NCBI GenBank assembly: GCA_016187485.1
Contig: JACPJO010000003.1
Location: forward strand, 25,587-89,586
Length of the DNA: 64,000 bases
DNA from: Candidatus Uhrbacteria bacterium
Lineage (GTDB): Bacteria; Patescibacteriota; Patescibacteriia; UBA9934; UBA10169
Reading direction: 5' to 3'
Both the position numbers and the translations under genes were made by a program. Positions 46,776 to 56,644 of this stretch are shown here, piece by piece; positions within the stretch are counted from its first letter, which is position 1; each line of letters starts with the position of its first letter. Below the pieces are notes generated by a model. It was given only the letters and a program-made list of their open reading frames with translations. It was not told the origin of the DNA and searched no databases.

Positions 46776-48162
46776 GACGCAGAATATCCATGTTGTTGGC
46801 GCGAGCGGCGTGGAAGGCACGACGGTGCTCTTGTTTTTGCGACGCGAAGGCTTTCAAAACATCGTGGGACACGCTCTGTGTGCGAAAGAGTCGTTTGAAA
46901 AAGAAATTCTGCAGAGCCACGGTTTACAAGAGCCCGCTCAAAAAAACGAACTCCTCTCTCGTGTGCGTGCCGCTGCCGTGCCGCTTCACTGCGACACGGA
47001 GTATCTTTCTGGCGTTGAAGAGGCCGACATTATTTTTGTGCCGCAGTCGTGGGAACTCTATCCGGAGAATGCACGACTCGCGTCACTGCGCGAGCGTTTG
47101 CGTAACGTGATGCAATTATATGTGGCGCTGGCTCCGTGCAAAACCATCGGTGTGACAGGGAGTGATGGGAAGACAACGACCGCTCACCTTATTTGGCACA
47201 TTCTCTTATCGGCAGGGAAACCCGCGTGGCTTTCGGGCAATTACCGTCACGGTCCGCATATGCTTGCAGAACTCTCCACGCTTGATCCGAACGGTTTTCT
47301 CGTTTTGGAAATCAGTAATCGCCACCTGAATTTTGGTCTTCCGAAGACCCCCAACATCGCGGTCATTACCAACGTTACGCAGAATCATTTGACGGAATAT
47401 AAAGCGTTCGATGAATACATCGAGACAAAAGGGAGAATTCTTGGTTCGGGGACGGTGGCGGTGCTTAACGCCGATAACCCCATCACGGCGTGTTACCAAA
47501 ACAAGAGACTCGCCAACCGTTTCTTATTTTCAAAGCATCTTGAGGTAAACGGCGCCTGTGTGCGTGGAGAAGAAATATGGATGCAGGATGAGTGCCTTCT
47601 TTCTCTCGCTGACATGCCGCTTGCAGGGGAACATAATGTGGAGAATGTGTTGGCCGCGGTTACTGCAGTGAAGCTTCTTGGTTTGTCGTCTGCAGAGATC
47701 AAAAAAGGCGTGCGGACATTTGCGGCGGTGAAAGAACGTCTGCAGTCGCTTGGGTTTGTGGACGAGCGGGAACTGATCAACGATTTGAGCGGGACGAGCA
47801 TGGAGTCCACGCGGCGTGGGGTGAAAGCGTTTTCCGGACGACCATTGGCGGTGGTGCTTGGTGGTTCAACTAAAGGGGTGGATTATGCGCCGCTCGCGCA
47901 AACCCTGAAGGAGCAAGGTGTTGTGGTCTGTGGAGTGGAAAGTGAGGTAGCCGATGCACTTCGCACGCTTGGCGTCCCTCTTTCCACTTTTAACACGGCG
48001 CGTGAGGCGCTTGAAGACGCGCACAAAAAAACTCCACGCGGGGGAGCGATCCTTGTCTCGCCGGCTGGAGCGTTTTTTGCCTCGCGGTATCTCCCGCAGG
48101 GACTCGAGGCCGTTATTTCATCTCTTCAATGGCGCGTAGAGAAACAGGCTCAAGCGAAGTAA
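46735..48162 (+). CDS. murD: UDP-N-acetylmuramoylalanine--D-glutamate ligase
   Basis: Mur ligase P-loop GVTGSDGKTTT. N-terminal Rossmann IHVVGASGVEG. C-terminal domain. Start trimmed from the track ORF (46492) to the first ATG that gives a MurD-like N-terminus; it overlaps the preceding gene by 41 nt. Confidence 0.75.
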   Translation: MTFSEPHAFDLTNKTQNIHVVGASGVEGTTVLLFLRREGFQNIVGHALCAKESFEKEILQSHGLQEPAQKNELLSRVRAAAVPLHCDTEYLSGVEEADIIFVPQSWELYPENARLASLRERLRNVMQLYVALAPCKTIGVTGSDGKTTTAHLIWHILLSAGKPAWLSGNYRHGPHMLAELSTLDPNGFLVLEISNRHLNFGLPKTPNIAVITNVTQNHLTEYKAFDEYIETKGRILGSGTVAVLNADNPITACYQNKRLANRFLFSKHLEVNGACVRGEEIWMQDECLLSLADMPLAGEHNVENVLAAVTAVKLLGLSSAEIKKGVRTFAAVKERLQSLGFVDERELINDLSGTSMESTRRGVKAFSGRPLAVVLGGSTKGVDYAPLAQTLKEQGVVVCGVESEVADALRTLGVPLSTFNTAREALEDAHKKTPRGGAILVSPAGAFFASRYLPQGLEAVISSLQWRVEKQAQAK

Positions 48163-48262
48163 GCTCAAGCTCGGCGCCGCAATTCTCGCACACGGAAACG
48201 TGCCCCACGGATGGGTCCTCCGGCAACGCGATTTCGGCAGAACAGTCTGGGCAGGAAGGCAT
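48113..48262 (-). CDS. LysW/ArgW-like small zinc-ribbon protein (49 aa) with atypical C-terminus
   Basis: MPSCPDCSAEIALPEDPSVGHVSVCENCGAELELTSLEPVSLRAIEEMK. The pattern CPxCxAEIxL...CExCGAELEL...L.P matches the amino-group carrier protein LysW, but the tail ends EEMK rather than EDWGE. Below the ORF-track size cut-off. Overlaps the murD 3' end by 50 nt on the opposite strand. Confidence 0.4.
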   Translation of the reverse strand: MPSCPDCSAEIALPEDPSVGHVSVCENCGAELELTSLEPVSLRAIEEMK

Positions 48263-48303
48263 AGAAGGAATAGATAAATCTTGTCTGTGCTAGTATAGCG
48301 CGT

Positions 48304-49173
48304 ATGTATCTTACCCCTCTAGAGGAGTCAAGAGATCTTGCGGAAGCGCTTGGCGTGGAGCGCATGTTTTTGAAGAGGGAGGATCAGACGCCGACCGGCT
48401 CGTTTAAGTATCGAAGCGCTCTCCGGCAGATAGAGGATATGGTGGAGCATGGAGAGCGTGCCGGGGTGGTTTCCTCTTCGGGGAATGCGGCAATCTCGCT
48501 TGCGCACGAGGCGAAAGCCCAGGGGGTCACGCTTTTTGCTTTTGTCCCGCCCAATCTTTCTTCTGCAAAGACGGCAGCGCTTTTGGCGTACGACCCTGTG
48601 GTGATTCAATCAACACGCGCCATGAGACTCGCGAACTATCTTGCGGCCCACTATCGCATACGCAATCTTCGTCCTTCGATAGACGATCGTGCGGTACTTG
48701 GGTTTGTCCCGCTTGGAGAAGAACTTGCCGAGCAGGTGGAGGAATACGGGGGAGTGGATGTAATCGTGAGTTTTTGCACAAGCGGGGCCAGCATGCTTGG
48801 CATGTGCCGTGGCTATCGTGCGGAACCGCGCCCAAAGTTTTTTGCCGCGAGGAACCTGTCGGTGGGGTGTTATGGGATTGAAAAGAGCCCTCGTCTTGCG
48901 GATGTTGCAGACGTTGCGGAACTTGTAGATGTCTCAGACGATGCCGTAGAGCGAACACAAAAGTTGCTCACGCGTGCGGGCATATGCGTTGCCAGAGAAG
49001 CGGCGGCGAGTCTTGCCATCGTTTTAGAGCGCCAGCTTAATGGGCGCATTCTATGGATCGTTTCTGGAAAGGATTGGGGTGTGGGAACCATGAATCCACA
49101 AGCCGCAAACCTCTATCGCGCAGAGACCTTTGAGGATGTTGACAGAATCTATGCAGAACATGCCCGCGTTTGA
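48304..49173 (+). CDS. fold-type II PLP-dependent enzyme (threonine synthase/cysteine synthase/Ser-Thr dehydratase-racemase-like)
   Basis: PLP lysine motif TGSFKYRS and glycine-rich SSGNAAISLA loop. 289 aa. Confidence 0.7.
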   Translation: MYLTPLEESRDLAEALGVERMFLKREDQTPTGSFKYRSALRQIEDMVEHGERAGVVSSSGNAAISLAHEAKAQGVTLFAFVPPNLSSAKTAALLAYDPVVIQSTRAMRLANYLAAHYRIRNLRPSIDDRAVLGFVPLGEELAEQVEEYGGVDVIVSFCTSGASMLGMCRGYRAEPRPKFFAARNLSVGCYGIEKSPRLADVADVAELVDVSDDAVERTQKLLTRAGICVAREAAASLAIVLERQLNGRILWIVSGKDWGVGTMNPQAANLYRAETFEDVDRIYAEHARV

Positions 49174-50317
49174 AGAACCTATTTTTGTTGTCCATCCGCA
49201 TGACCTTTACTTGTGGGGTCTCGAGGAAGTGTTTCCAAACGCATGTTTTCTTGTAGACCAACCGGGGTGCCTTTCAACGATTGATTTATTTGAGTATGCA
49301 GATGTTACCCGGCGTATCCCAAAAAACTCTGCCGTTCTTGTTATGAAGCCAGCGCCCAAGCTCTCCAAGATAGCAGGGGATCGTGGGTGGAGACTTTGCG
49401 CGCCGTCGGTCGAGTTGAATCGTCGTTTTGAAAACAAGCTCACCATCAATAACGAATTTCTTGCGGTGCATTTGCCGACTCTCCCGTATCTCGTAAGCCC
49501 GCTTGAGAAGCTCTCGTATGCAGCGCTTCGTGAGCGGTTTGGCCCCCGTCTTGTTGTACAGAAAGAGCGAGGGCACGCAGGATCAAGCACGCATGGAGTC
49601 GGATCTCTGGAAGTCTTTGAGAATTTGAAGAAAGAAATTGCCTCCTTTCCCGCAAAGATAAGCCCGTGGTTGGAAGGAGAAACGTGGACATTGAACGGTG
49701 TTGTGACAAGATTTGGCACCCTTGTTTCGCGTCCATTTCTCCAGCTTCAAAATGTTGCGGCTTACGGAACATCGAATCCTTTTACGACGTGCGGGAATGC
49801 GCATGTTCCCATTGGGGATGAGTTGGCGCTTGAAATCATGGGGCAGGCGGAGCGGTTTGGCGCACATCTTCACCGGGAAGGATACAGCGGGTGGTTCGGT
49901 CTTGATGTGCTGGTGAAAGATGGAACTATCGTGGGGTGGATTGAGTGTAATCCGCGGCTCACGGCTTCGTGCGGAGTATTTTCCGCCATGCAAAAAGAGG
50001 CAGGGCAGACGCCCTTTGCGCTTCTTCACGTTCTCGAGACACTCGGAATCCCCTATACACTTGATCTTGTCCAGGAACAGCGACGTCTGGCGGATGGATT
50101 TATGGAATCGCATGTCGTGTTGCGCAACGAGAAATCAGAAACCATGAAATGTTCTTCTGTGCCGCCACGCACTCCGTGGAGCGTATTGCGCGGGGGGGAG
50201 AAGACGATGGTGGCAAGGGCTCCCGGCACAGAGGTTCCGCCGGGCGAGCCGTTTGCGGTGGTGTACAAACGCGGTCTCTTCTCGCCAGAGGAATTGGCAG
50301 GATTGCCTACATGTTAA
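49160..50317 (+). CDS. ATP-grasp carboxylate-amine ligase (CarB-module/L-amino-acid-ligase-like)
   Basis: GWFGLDVLVKDGTIVGWIECNPRLTASCGVFSAMQKEAGQTPFALL parallels the IEVNPRASRS...ATG.P.A segment of CPSase-type ATP-grasp domains. Start uncertain (49130-49160). Confidence 0.6.
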   Translation: MPAFEEPIFVVHPHDLYLWGLEEVFPNACFLVDQPGCLSTIDLFEYADVTRRIPKNSAVLVMKPAPKLSKIAGDRGWRLCAPSVELNRRFENKLTINNEFLAVHLPTLPYLVSPLEKLSYAALRERFGPRLVVQKERGHAGSSTHGVGSLEVFENLKKEIASFPAKISPWLEGETWTLNGVVTRFGTLVSRPFLQLQNVAAYGTSNPFTTCGNAHVPIGDELALEIMGQAERFGAHLHREGYSGWFGLDVLVKDGTIVGWIECNPRLTASCGVFSAMQKEAGQTPFALLHVLETLGIPYTLDLVQEQRRLADGFMESHVVLRNEKSETMKCSSVPPRTPWSVLRGGEKTMVARAPGTEVPPGEPFAVVYKRGLFSPEELAGLPTC

Positions 50318-50365
50318 AACGAAATCCCGCCAAGTAAGGGCGGGATGTGGAGAAAGAACGAGGAA

Positions 50366-51490
50366 TTAGAGCGTTTGAATACCGACCTCGCCATCGAGAA
50401 AGCGGTGCATTTCTCCTTGCGTGGCGAGGTGCGCCAAGCGGGAGAGCGCCAGGTCTTCGCCGTTGTGCGGCGAGAGCGTTGCGAGTTCGTGGCGCATCTG
50501 CTCTTGCGTCTGCTCGAAGACGGTGTTGACGGCACGGCGGACGTCTTCATCGAGGGCAAGAATGTCCAGGACCTTGCCCGTTTCGGTCTGGCTGACACGC
50601 GCGGCCGCGACGAGATCGTCAAGGCTCTGGCGCGGGAAGTGCATACCCTTCGTGATGTAGGGCAGGAGCTCCGTGAAGCGCGACTCCTGCAGAACGAGGA
50701 TGCGTGCCACAAGGCCGATGCGCGCGATCATCTTGCTCTTCTTTGAACGGGTGTCGGCGATGGTGGTCATGATTCGGCGGATCAAGGTTACACGGTCGCG
50801 AAAGGTTCGGGGCACGCCGCGTAAGCGGGTCCAGTACTGGTAGGCCTCGAAGGCTTCCCAGATGTGGCAGTGCCCGTAGTCCACTCGCAGAGGAAAGATG
50901 AGCCGAGAGATGCGCTCCTTCTTGTAGCGCAGGGCCATCTCTGCCATGAGCGTCGCGGCCTCCTCCATGTGCGTGTCGGCGAGGATGACGACGAACTCGT
51001 CGCCACCGTGCCGCACCCCGAAGTGGCGCAGAAGGAGGACGTTCTCTCCATGCTCGTCGTATCCCGTCGCGAGGCGTTCGGTGTCGAGGAAGCTCTGCAA
51101 GGTCGCGCCGAAGCGCTCCAGAACCTGGTCGCCCACCTCATGCCCGTAGGCATTGGCGAGCGCCAAGTAAGAGAGATCTCCCCAGATGAGCGTGGTGTTC
51201 ATCGAGGCGATTTCCGCTGGCGTCAGGTTCTCGATCGGGAGTCCTCGCATGAGTTTTCCCGCCACGGGCGTGTCCATGAAGCGGCGGATGAGCGCGGCCA
51301 AGTGCGGCCAGAGCTCGTCGCGGCGGAACAGCCCAGTGAGACCGTCGCGCCGCCGCCGTTGGATCTCGGCGTCTTTCCGCTCCAGGTCTCTGTTGAGGCG
51401 CTCGACCTCTTTTTCTTCTGCGAGGATTCTGTCCTCGAGTTCTCGAATGCGCGCGTGAGCTTCGAGCAGGGTCGTCGGTAGAGTATCCAC
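50366..51490 (-). CDS. GGDEF-domain protein (putative diguanylate cyclase) with N-terminal coiled coil
   Basis: RHGGDEFVVIL GG(D/E)EF motif. N-terminal heptad-rich segment. 62% GC. Confidence 0.8.
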   Translation of the reverse strand: MDTLPTTLLEAHARIRELEDRILAEEKEVERLNRDLERKDAEIQRRRRDGLTGLFRRDELWPHLAALIRRFMDTPVAGKLMRGLPIENLTPAEIASMNTTLIWGDLSYLALANAYGHEVGDQVLERFGATLQSFLDTERLATGYDEHGENVLLLRHFGVRHGGDEFVVILADTHMEEAATLMAEMALRYKKERISRLIFPLRVDYGHCHIWEAFEAYQYWTRLRGVPRTFRDRVTLIRRIMTTIADTRSKKSKMIARIGLVARILVLQESRFTELLPYITKGMHFPRQSLDDLVAAARVSQTETGKVLDILALDEDVRRAVNTVFEQTQEQMRHELATLSPHNGEDLALSRLAHLATQGEMHRFLDGEVGIQTL

Positions 51491-52100
51491 AGAATCTCCG
51501 ATGGGTACGAAGAAAAGGCCGTGGGGCCTTTTGAAGGGAACGACCGAGGGACTCGGTCAGCGCTTGGGAATGGACGACGGGGACTTGCTCCCCGTGTCTC
51601 GTCGGTCGTCGCGGTTGGGCGGCGGCAGGCGCACGGGGCGGCTCCGCAAGTCCGCCGCGAGTTCTTCCACGACATCGGCGTGGCTTGGGCGAACGAGGAA
51701 CGGATCGAAGGGTCGTTGGCTTGGCATGGATCCTCCAGGGTGAAACCCGCCATGAAGCTACCTTGTTTTTTGAATCTCGTCAATCCCGTCTGTTCAACAC
51801 TAGGTGTCGGACAATAAAATAAAAAAACAAGAGAGCACCGAAGTGCTCTCGAGGGAGAAGGATCAAAGAAACAGGAGCGGCCACCGGGAGCGTTACACGC
51901 GCTCCGGGGGGGGAGGGTTGGCGAGCGCGCTTGGCGCTTCCCAGTGGCCGTCCTGTTTTTGCCCCGCGCATGGTTGCGGGTGACCGGCGGGGCTCGCCGA
52001 GACGCCGTGTTGGGGCCGCGCGGTCCCGGCTGCTGCTCCCATACCACCACACCCATCTTCCTTTGTCAACGCGCGGCAAAACAGGTATCATTTCGTCACT

Positions 52101-53204
52101 ATGTTCGTCACGGTCCTCGTGTTCATTGCCGTTCTTTCCCTCCTCGTTTTTGCGCATGAGTTTGGTCACTTTCTTATGGCGCGGCGGGCAGGGATGAAGG
52201 TAGAAGAATTTGGCTTCGGATTTCCCCCACGATTGTTTGGGATGCGTCGTGGTGCCACCCTCTACTCCATTAACGCAATCCCGCTTGGTGGCTTTGTGAA
52301 AATAAAAGGGGAGAGCGGGGACTATGCCGAGGAAGGGGACAGCTTTGCCCACAAATCAGTCTTTGTCCGTTTTAGCGTACTCGTCGCAGGTGTGGCGATG
52401 AATGTGATTTTAGCATTTGTTCTTCTCTCGGTTGGGTTTGCGACAGGACTTCCCTCGGTGGTAGACGACACGCTTCCCGCAAGCGCGCGCGTGCACGGGG
52501 AGGCGACGCGCATTGTAGAAGTTCTTCCGGAGAGTCCCGCAGACCGCGCAGGAATAAAAGTGGCCGATGAGCTTGTCATGATAGACAATCAGCTTTTTTC
52601 AACCACCGAAATGGCCTACAGCTATTTAGCTCGCGCAGAGGAGCCCGTGGAGCTTTTGCTCCGCCGTGGGGAAACGCACGTGCGCCTCACGCTGACAAAA
52701 GAAGAGATTGCCGGTGTGGAAGGTTCCGTGATCGGCGTGGTGCTTATGCGTTCGGGGATCGTGTCATACCCGGTTCCTTCAGCAGTTGCTCACGGGGCTG
52801 TGGCGACGGGGCAACTCACGCGGAGTATTGTCGTGGGGTTTTGGGACCTTCTCCGCTCGCTCGTGAACGCCAAGCCTGTACCCTTTGAAGTCTCTGGGCC
52901 TGTGGGGATTGCGGTTATGACAGGCGAGGTTGCGCGTCTTGGCATCCCCTACCTTATTCAATTTACCGCCCTCCTCTCCCTTAATCTGGCAGTGCTGAAC
53001 ATTCTGCCGATCCCCGCTCTCGATGGCGGGCGGATCTTCTTTCTTCTCATCGAGGCTGTACGCGCGCGGCGTGTGAGCGCGCATGTTGAGACCGTTGTGC
53101 ATAATCTCGGGTTCCTTCTTCTTTTGCTTCTTGTCGTGCTGGTGACGTATCGTGATCTTGTGCGGCTTGGCCGCGAACTTTTTGGTGCCTTTACTTCTGC
53201 CTAG
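52101..53204 (+). CDS. rseP: RIP metalloprotease RseP (site-2 protease, M50 with PDZ)
   Basis: HEFGH in the first TM, a PDZ-like middle segment, and C-terminal LDGG motif. Confidence 0.85.
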   Translation: MFVTVLVFIAVLSLLVFAHEFGHFLMARRAGMKVEEFGFGFPPRLFGMRRGATLYSINAIPLGGFVKIKGESGDYAEEGDSFAHKSVFVRFSVLVAGVAMNVILAFVLLSVGFATGLPSVVDDTLPASARVHGEATRIVEVLPESPADRAGIKVADELVMIDNQLFSTTEMAYSYLARAEEPVELLLRRGETHVRLTLTKEEIAGVEGSVIGVVLMRSGIVSYPVPSAVAHGAVATGQLTRSIVVGFWDLLRSLVNAKPVPFEVSGPVGIAVMTGEVARLGIPYLIQFTALLSLNLAVLNILPIPALDGGRIFFLLIEAVRARRVSAHVETVVHNLGFLLLLLLVVLVTYRDLVRLGRELFGAFTSA

Positions 53205-53207
53205 CAT

Positions 53208-54245
53208 ATGGAAGACCTGTTTATCTCGATGACGGAAGAGGGGAAAAAACTTTTTGCGCAGGCGAATTCCGCCGAAGCGCTTGAGCATGCGCGTGTCGCG
53301 GTGCTTGGCCGCAAAGGGATGCTGACGCAGGCGATGGATAAGCTTAACGTGACCTCTCCCGAAGAGCGTAAGGCATTTGGCCAAGCGGCCAATACCGCAA
53401 AGACGGAACTCGCGCGTGCTTTTGAAGAGGCCGCGTCGCGTCTAGGCAAAGCAGAGAAAGCGTCGCTCGGAAAAGAAGAGTGGATCGACGTGACGCTTCC
53501 CGGCACGGCGCCGAGGGCAGGTCATCTTCATATTGTTTCGCAGACGATTGCCGAAGTGGAGAAAATTTTTGCGCGCATCGGCTTCACGCGCTATCCCGTG
53601 CCCGAAGTGGATTGGGATTACTACGCGTTTGAGGCTCTTAACATGCCCCCCGATCACCCGGCGCGTGATAATTGGGAAACATATTTTCTGGACGTGCCGG
53701 AAGGGCCAAAGGGGAAGCTGCTTGCTACGCCACATCCCTCGAACAATCAGGTGCGTCTTATGGAAACATTGAAACCGCCATTCCGCGCGCTTTATATTGG
53801 GAAGGCTTATCGGCGACAGTCGGACGTTTCTCATGTGCCGATTCATCACCAATTTGAGACGGAGGTGATTGACAAGCAAGCGACGTTTACCGAGTTGAAA
53901 GGGGTCATCGAGTTTTTTGTGTACGAATACTTTGGACGCAATCGGAAAATTCGTCTGCGCCCGCATCACTTCCGCTTTACCGAGCCGAGTTTCGAGATTG
54001 ATATTAACTGTGCGGTCTGTGGCGGGAGTGGTTGTCGCTTGTGTAAGCAAGGATGGCTTGAACTTGCCGGAGCGGGCATGACACATCCGAACGTGCTTCG
54101 TGCCGGCGGGCTTGATCCGAAGATCTATCGTGGTTTTGCGTTTGCATTTGGTGTTGAACGCGTCCTTATGATGCGCGATGGAATCCGCTTGCCAGATATG
54201 CGTGAGTTGTATAAGAACGATTTGCGATTCTTGAAACAGTTTTAG
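53208..54245 (+). CDS. pheS: phenylalanyl-tRNA synthetase alpha subunit
   Basis: Class II motifs (DHPARD, FRxE, GxGxERV). 345 aa. Directly followed by pheT. Confidence 0.9.
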   Translation: MEDLFISMTEEGKKLFAQANSAEALEHARVAVLGRKGMLTQAMDKLNVTSPEERKAFGQAANTAKTELARAFEEAASRLGKAEKASLGKEEWIDVTLPGTAPRAGHLHIVSQTIAEVEKIFARIGFTRYPVPEVDWDYYAFEALNMPPDHPARDNWETYFLDVPEGPKGKLLATPHPSNNQVRLMETLKPPFRALYIGKAYRRQSDVSHVPIHHQFETEVIDKQATFTELKGVIEFFVYEYFGRNRKIRLRPHHFRFTEPSFEIDINCAVCGGSGCRLCKQGWLELAGAGMTHPNVLRAGGLDPKIYRGFAFAFGVERVLMMRDGIRLPDMRELYKNDLRFLKQF

Positions 54246-54248
54246 CGT

Positions 54249-56636
54249 ATGAACATCCTTGCTCCCTATTCTTGGATCAAAGACTATCTGAAGAACCCGG
54301 CCGCGCCGGAGGAATTTGCCAAACGCATGTCCGCATCGGGTATGTCGGTCGAGTACCGGCATGAACTCACGGAACGTTTTGCCCACATTGTTGTGGGGCG
54401 CATCAAAGACGTGCGTGCGCATCCTACGGCGGATCGACTTCGGCTTGTGGACGTGGATGTGGGAGAGAAGACGGTGCAAGTTGTGTGCGGAGGGACAAAC
54501 GTTGCTCCGGGTCTCTCCGTGGCCGTTGCTCTTCCGGGGGCTCATGTGCGTTGGCATGGAGAGGGGGAACTCGTAACGATCGAAGAGACAGAAATCCGTG
54601 GCGAGAAAAGTCACGGCATGATTTGCGCAGCCGACGAGATCGGGTTTGAAAAACTCTCCCAGCCTGACGGAGCTATTTGGGACATCTCGGTACTGACGTC
54701 TGCCGAGCCGGGTACGTTGGCGGCAGAGGCGCTTGACCTTGACGACACGTTGTTTGATATCGAAGTCACGACAAATCGCCCCGATGCAATGAGCATGGTG
54801 GGGCTTGCACGAGAGGCGGGAGCCGTGGAGGCTGGACAATTTGTGTGGAAGCCCGATCCCCAGATCCCAGAGGCCGAGGAGATTTCTTTGTCGGTACATG
54901 TTCGCGAACCCGCACTCTGCCCGCGGTATCAAGGCATCGTGCTTGACGGCGTGAAGATCGAACCTTCGCCCTGGTGGCTTCAAAAACGGCTCCTGCTTGC
55001 CGGGCACCGTCCGATTAACGTGGTGGTGGACGTCACGAACTATGTGCTGCACGCGTACGGCCAGCCCATGCATGCCTTCGACTACGATAAACTTTCTGGC
55101 GGAGAAATTGTTGTGCGCCGCGCACAAAAAGGGGAGCATCTTATGGCGCTCAATGGAAATGCTTACGAACTTAAGCCTGACAATCTCGTGATTGCCGATG
55201 CAACGCACCCTGTTGCGGTGGCTGGCGTGATGGGTGGACAAGAAACGGGAGTGTCAGAGGCGACAACGCGCGTGGTGCTTGAGTGCGCCACCTTCGAGCC
55301 GGTGCAGGTGCGTCGCACAGCTCGCGCCCTCAATCTTTTCTCGGACTCCCAACTGTTGTTTGAGAAAGGTCTTTCCACCGAAGCGCCGCCATTTGCGCTC
55401 TCCTGTGCGGTGGAGATGTTACAGGAGTTGGCGGGAGCACGCGTGGCGAGCCGGCTTGTGGACATCCGTGAAGAGGCCTACCACCCGCTCACATTTCCCT
55501 ACAGCGCGGACGAGGTGAATGATCGTTTGGGTTACGAGATTCCTCCGCATGAGCAGCGCCGGATTCTTGAATCGCTCGGATTTGAATTTGTAAACGAGGA
55601 AGGCTCCCCTATGCTCCGCGTGCCGTTTTGGCGCGACCATGATATTGAGGAAAGCGTGGATTTTACCGAGGAAGTGGCGCGCGTCTTTGGCTACGCGAAT
55701 CTGCCGGCGACCCTGCCGCGTGCGCCGGTGCAGCCCGATGTCTGGAGCCCCGTTCTCTATTGGAATGAGCAGGCAAAAGAAATTATGGGGCAGGCGGGAG
55801 CCACGGAGCTTTATCATTATTCGTTTGCCAGCGAAGAGGACCTGCGTGATTTCGGCCATATGCCATCCGACGCGCTTGCATTTGTGAATCCACTCTCGGA
55901 AGATCAAAAATATCTGCGCGTCTCTCTCATCCCAAGTGTGCTCCGGACGATCGAGCGCAACCAGGGTGCTACTTCTTCTGAGCGCGTGTTTGAACTTGCT
56001 GCCGTGTATATACCGCGAATGGGAGATTTGCCCCGCGAAGAGACACGACTTGTTTACGCCGGCTACGGACGGGAGGCCAACGATTTTCTTTCTGCGAAAG
56101 GAGTACTCGAGCGCTTGCTTGGAGCCATGGGGATCGTCGGGTGGACGTTTGAACGCTTGACGGATGACCCACACTGGCATCCTGGCCGGAGTGCCTGCAT
56201 AAAGAAGGGAGGGGTGACACTTGGCGTGCTAGGTGAAATGGCGCCGGATGTGCAAAAGCGTTTTGGTATACACGAGCGCGTAACGCTGTTCGAGCTTGAT
56301 ATGCCGCAACTTGTGCCGCTGGCAAATAAAACAAAGATGTTCAGCGCTTTGCCGCAGTTTCCAAGCGTGAAACGTGACGTGGCGTTTGTGATTGAGCGCA
56401 CCGTAGAGCACCGCGCCATACAGGAAGCGTTGGCCGGAGCGCACCCGCTTCTGCGCGAAAGCGAGATGTTTGATGCCTATGAAGGGGAGGGGATCGAGAA
56501 AGGGAAAAAGTCTATGGCATGGCACGTGGAATTCCGCGCCGATGATCGGACGCTCACGTCCGAAGAGGTGGAGCGTGCATTATCCACTGTGACACAGATG
56601 CTCGAAAAACAATTTCGTGTTACCATGCGCACATAA
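54249..56636 (+). CDS. pheT: phenylalanyl-tRNA synthetase beta subunit
   Basis: 795 aa. tRNA-binding N-terminus (VGRIKDVRAHPTADRL), B3/B4, B5, FDX-ACB C-terminus. Confidence 0.9.
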   Translation: MNILAPYSWIKDYLKNPAAPEEFAKRMSASGMSVEYRHELTERFAHIVVGRIKDVRAHPTADRLRLVDVDVGEKTVQVVCGGTNVAPGLSVAVALPGAHVRWHGEGELVTIEETEIRGEKSHGMICAADEIGFEKLSQPDGAIWDISVLTSAEPGTLAAEALDLDDTLFDIEVTTNRPDAMSMVGLAREAGAVEAGQFVWKPDPQIPEAEEISLSVHVREPALCPRYQGIVLDGVKIEPSPWWLQKRLLLAGHRPINVVVDVTNYVLHAYGQPMHAFDYDKLSGGEIVVRRAQKGEHLMALNGNAYELKPDNLVIADATHPVAVAGVMGGQETGVSEATTRVVLECATFEPVQVRRTARALNLFSDSQLLFEKGLSTEAPPFALSCAVEMLQELAGARVASRLVDIREEAYHPLTFPYSADEVNDRLGYEIPPHEQRRILESLGFEFVNEEGSPMLRVPFWRDHDIEESVDFTEEVARVFGYANLPATLPRAPVQPDVWSPVLYWNEQAKEIMGQAGATELYHYSFASEEDLRDFGHMPSDALAFVNPLSEDQKYLRVSLIPSVLRTIERNQGATSSERVFELAAVYIPRMGDLPREETRLVYAGYGREANDFLSAKGVLERLLGAMGIVGWTFERLTDDPHWHPGRSACIKKGGVTLGVLGEMAPDVQKRFGIHERVTLFELDMPQLVPLANKTKMFSALPQFPSVKRDVAFVIERTVEHRAIQEALAGAHPLLRESEMFDAYEGEGIEKGKKSMAWHVEFRADDRTLTSEEVERALSTVTQMLEKQFRVTMRT

Positions 56637-56644
56637 GGAGGACT

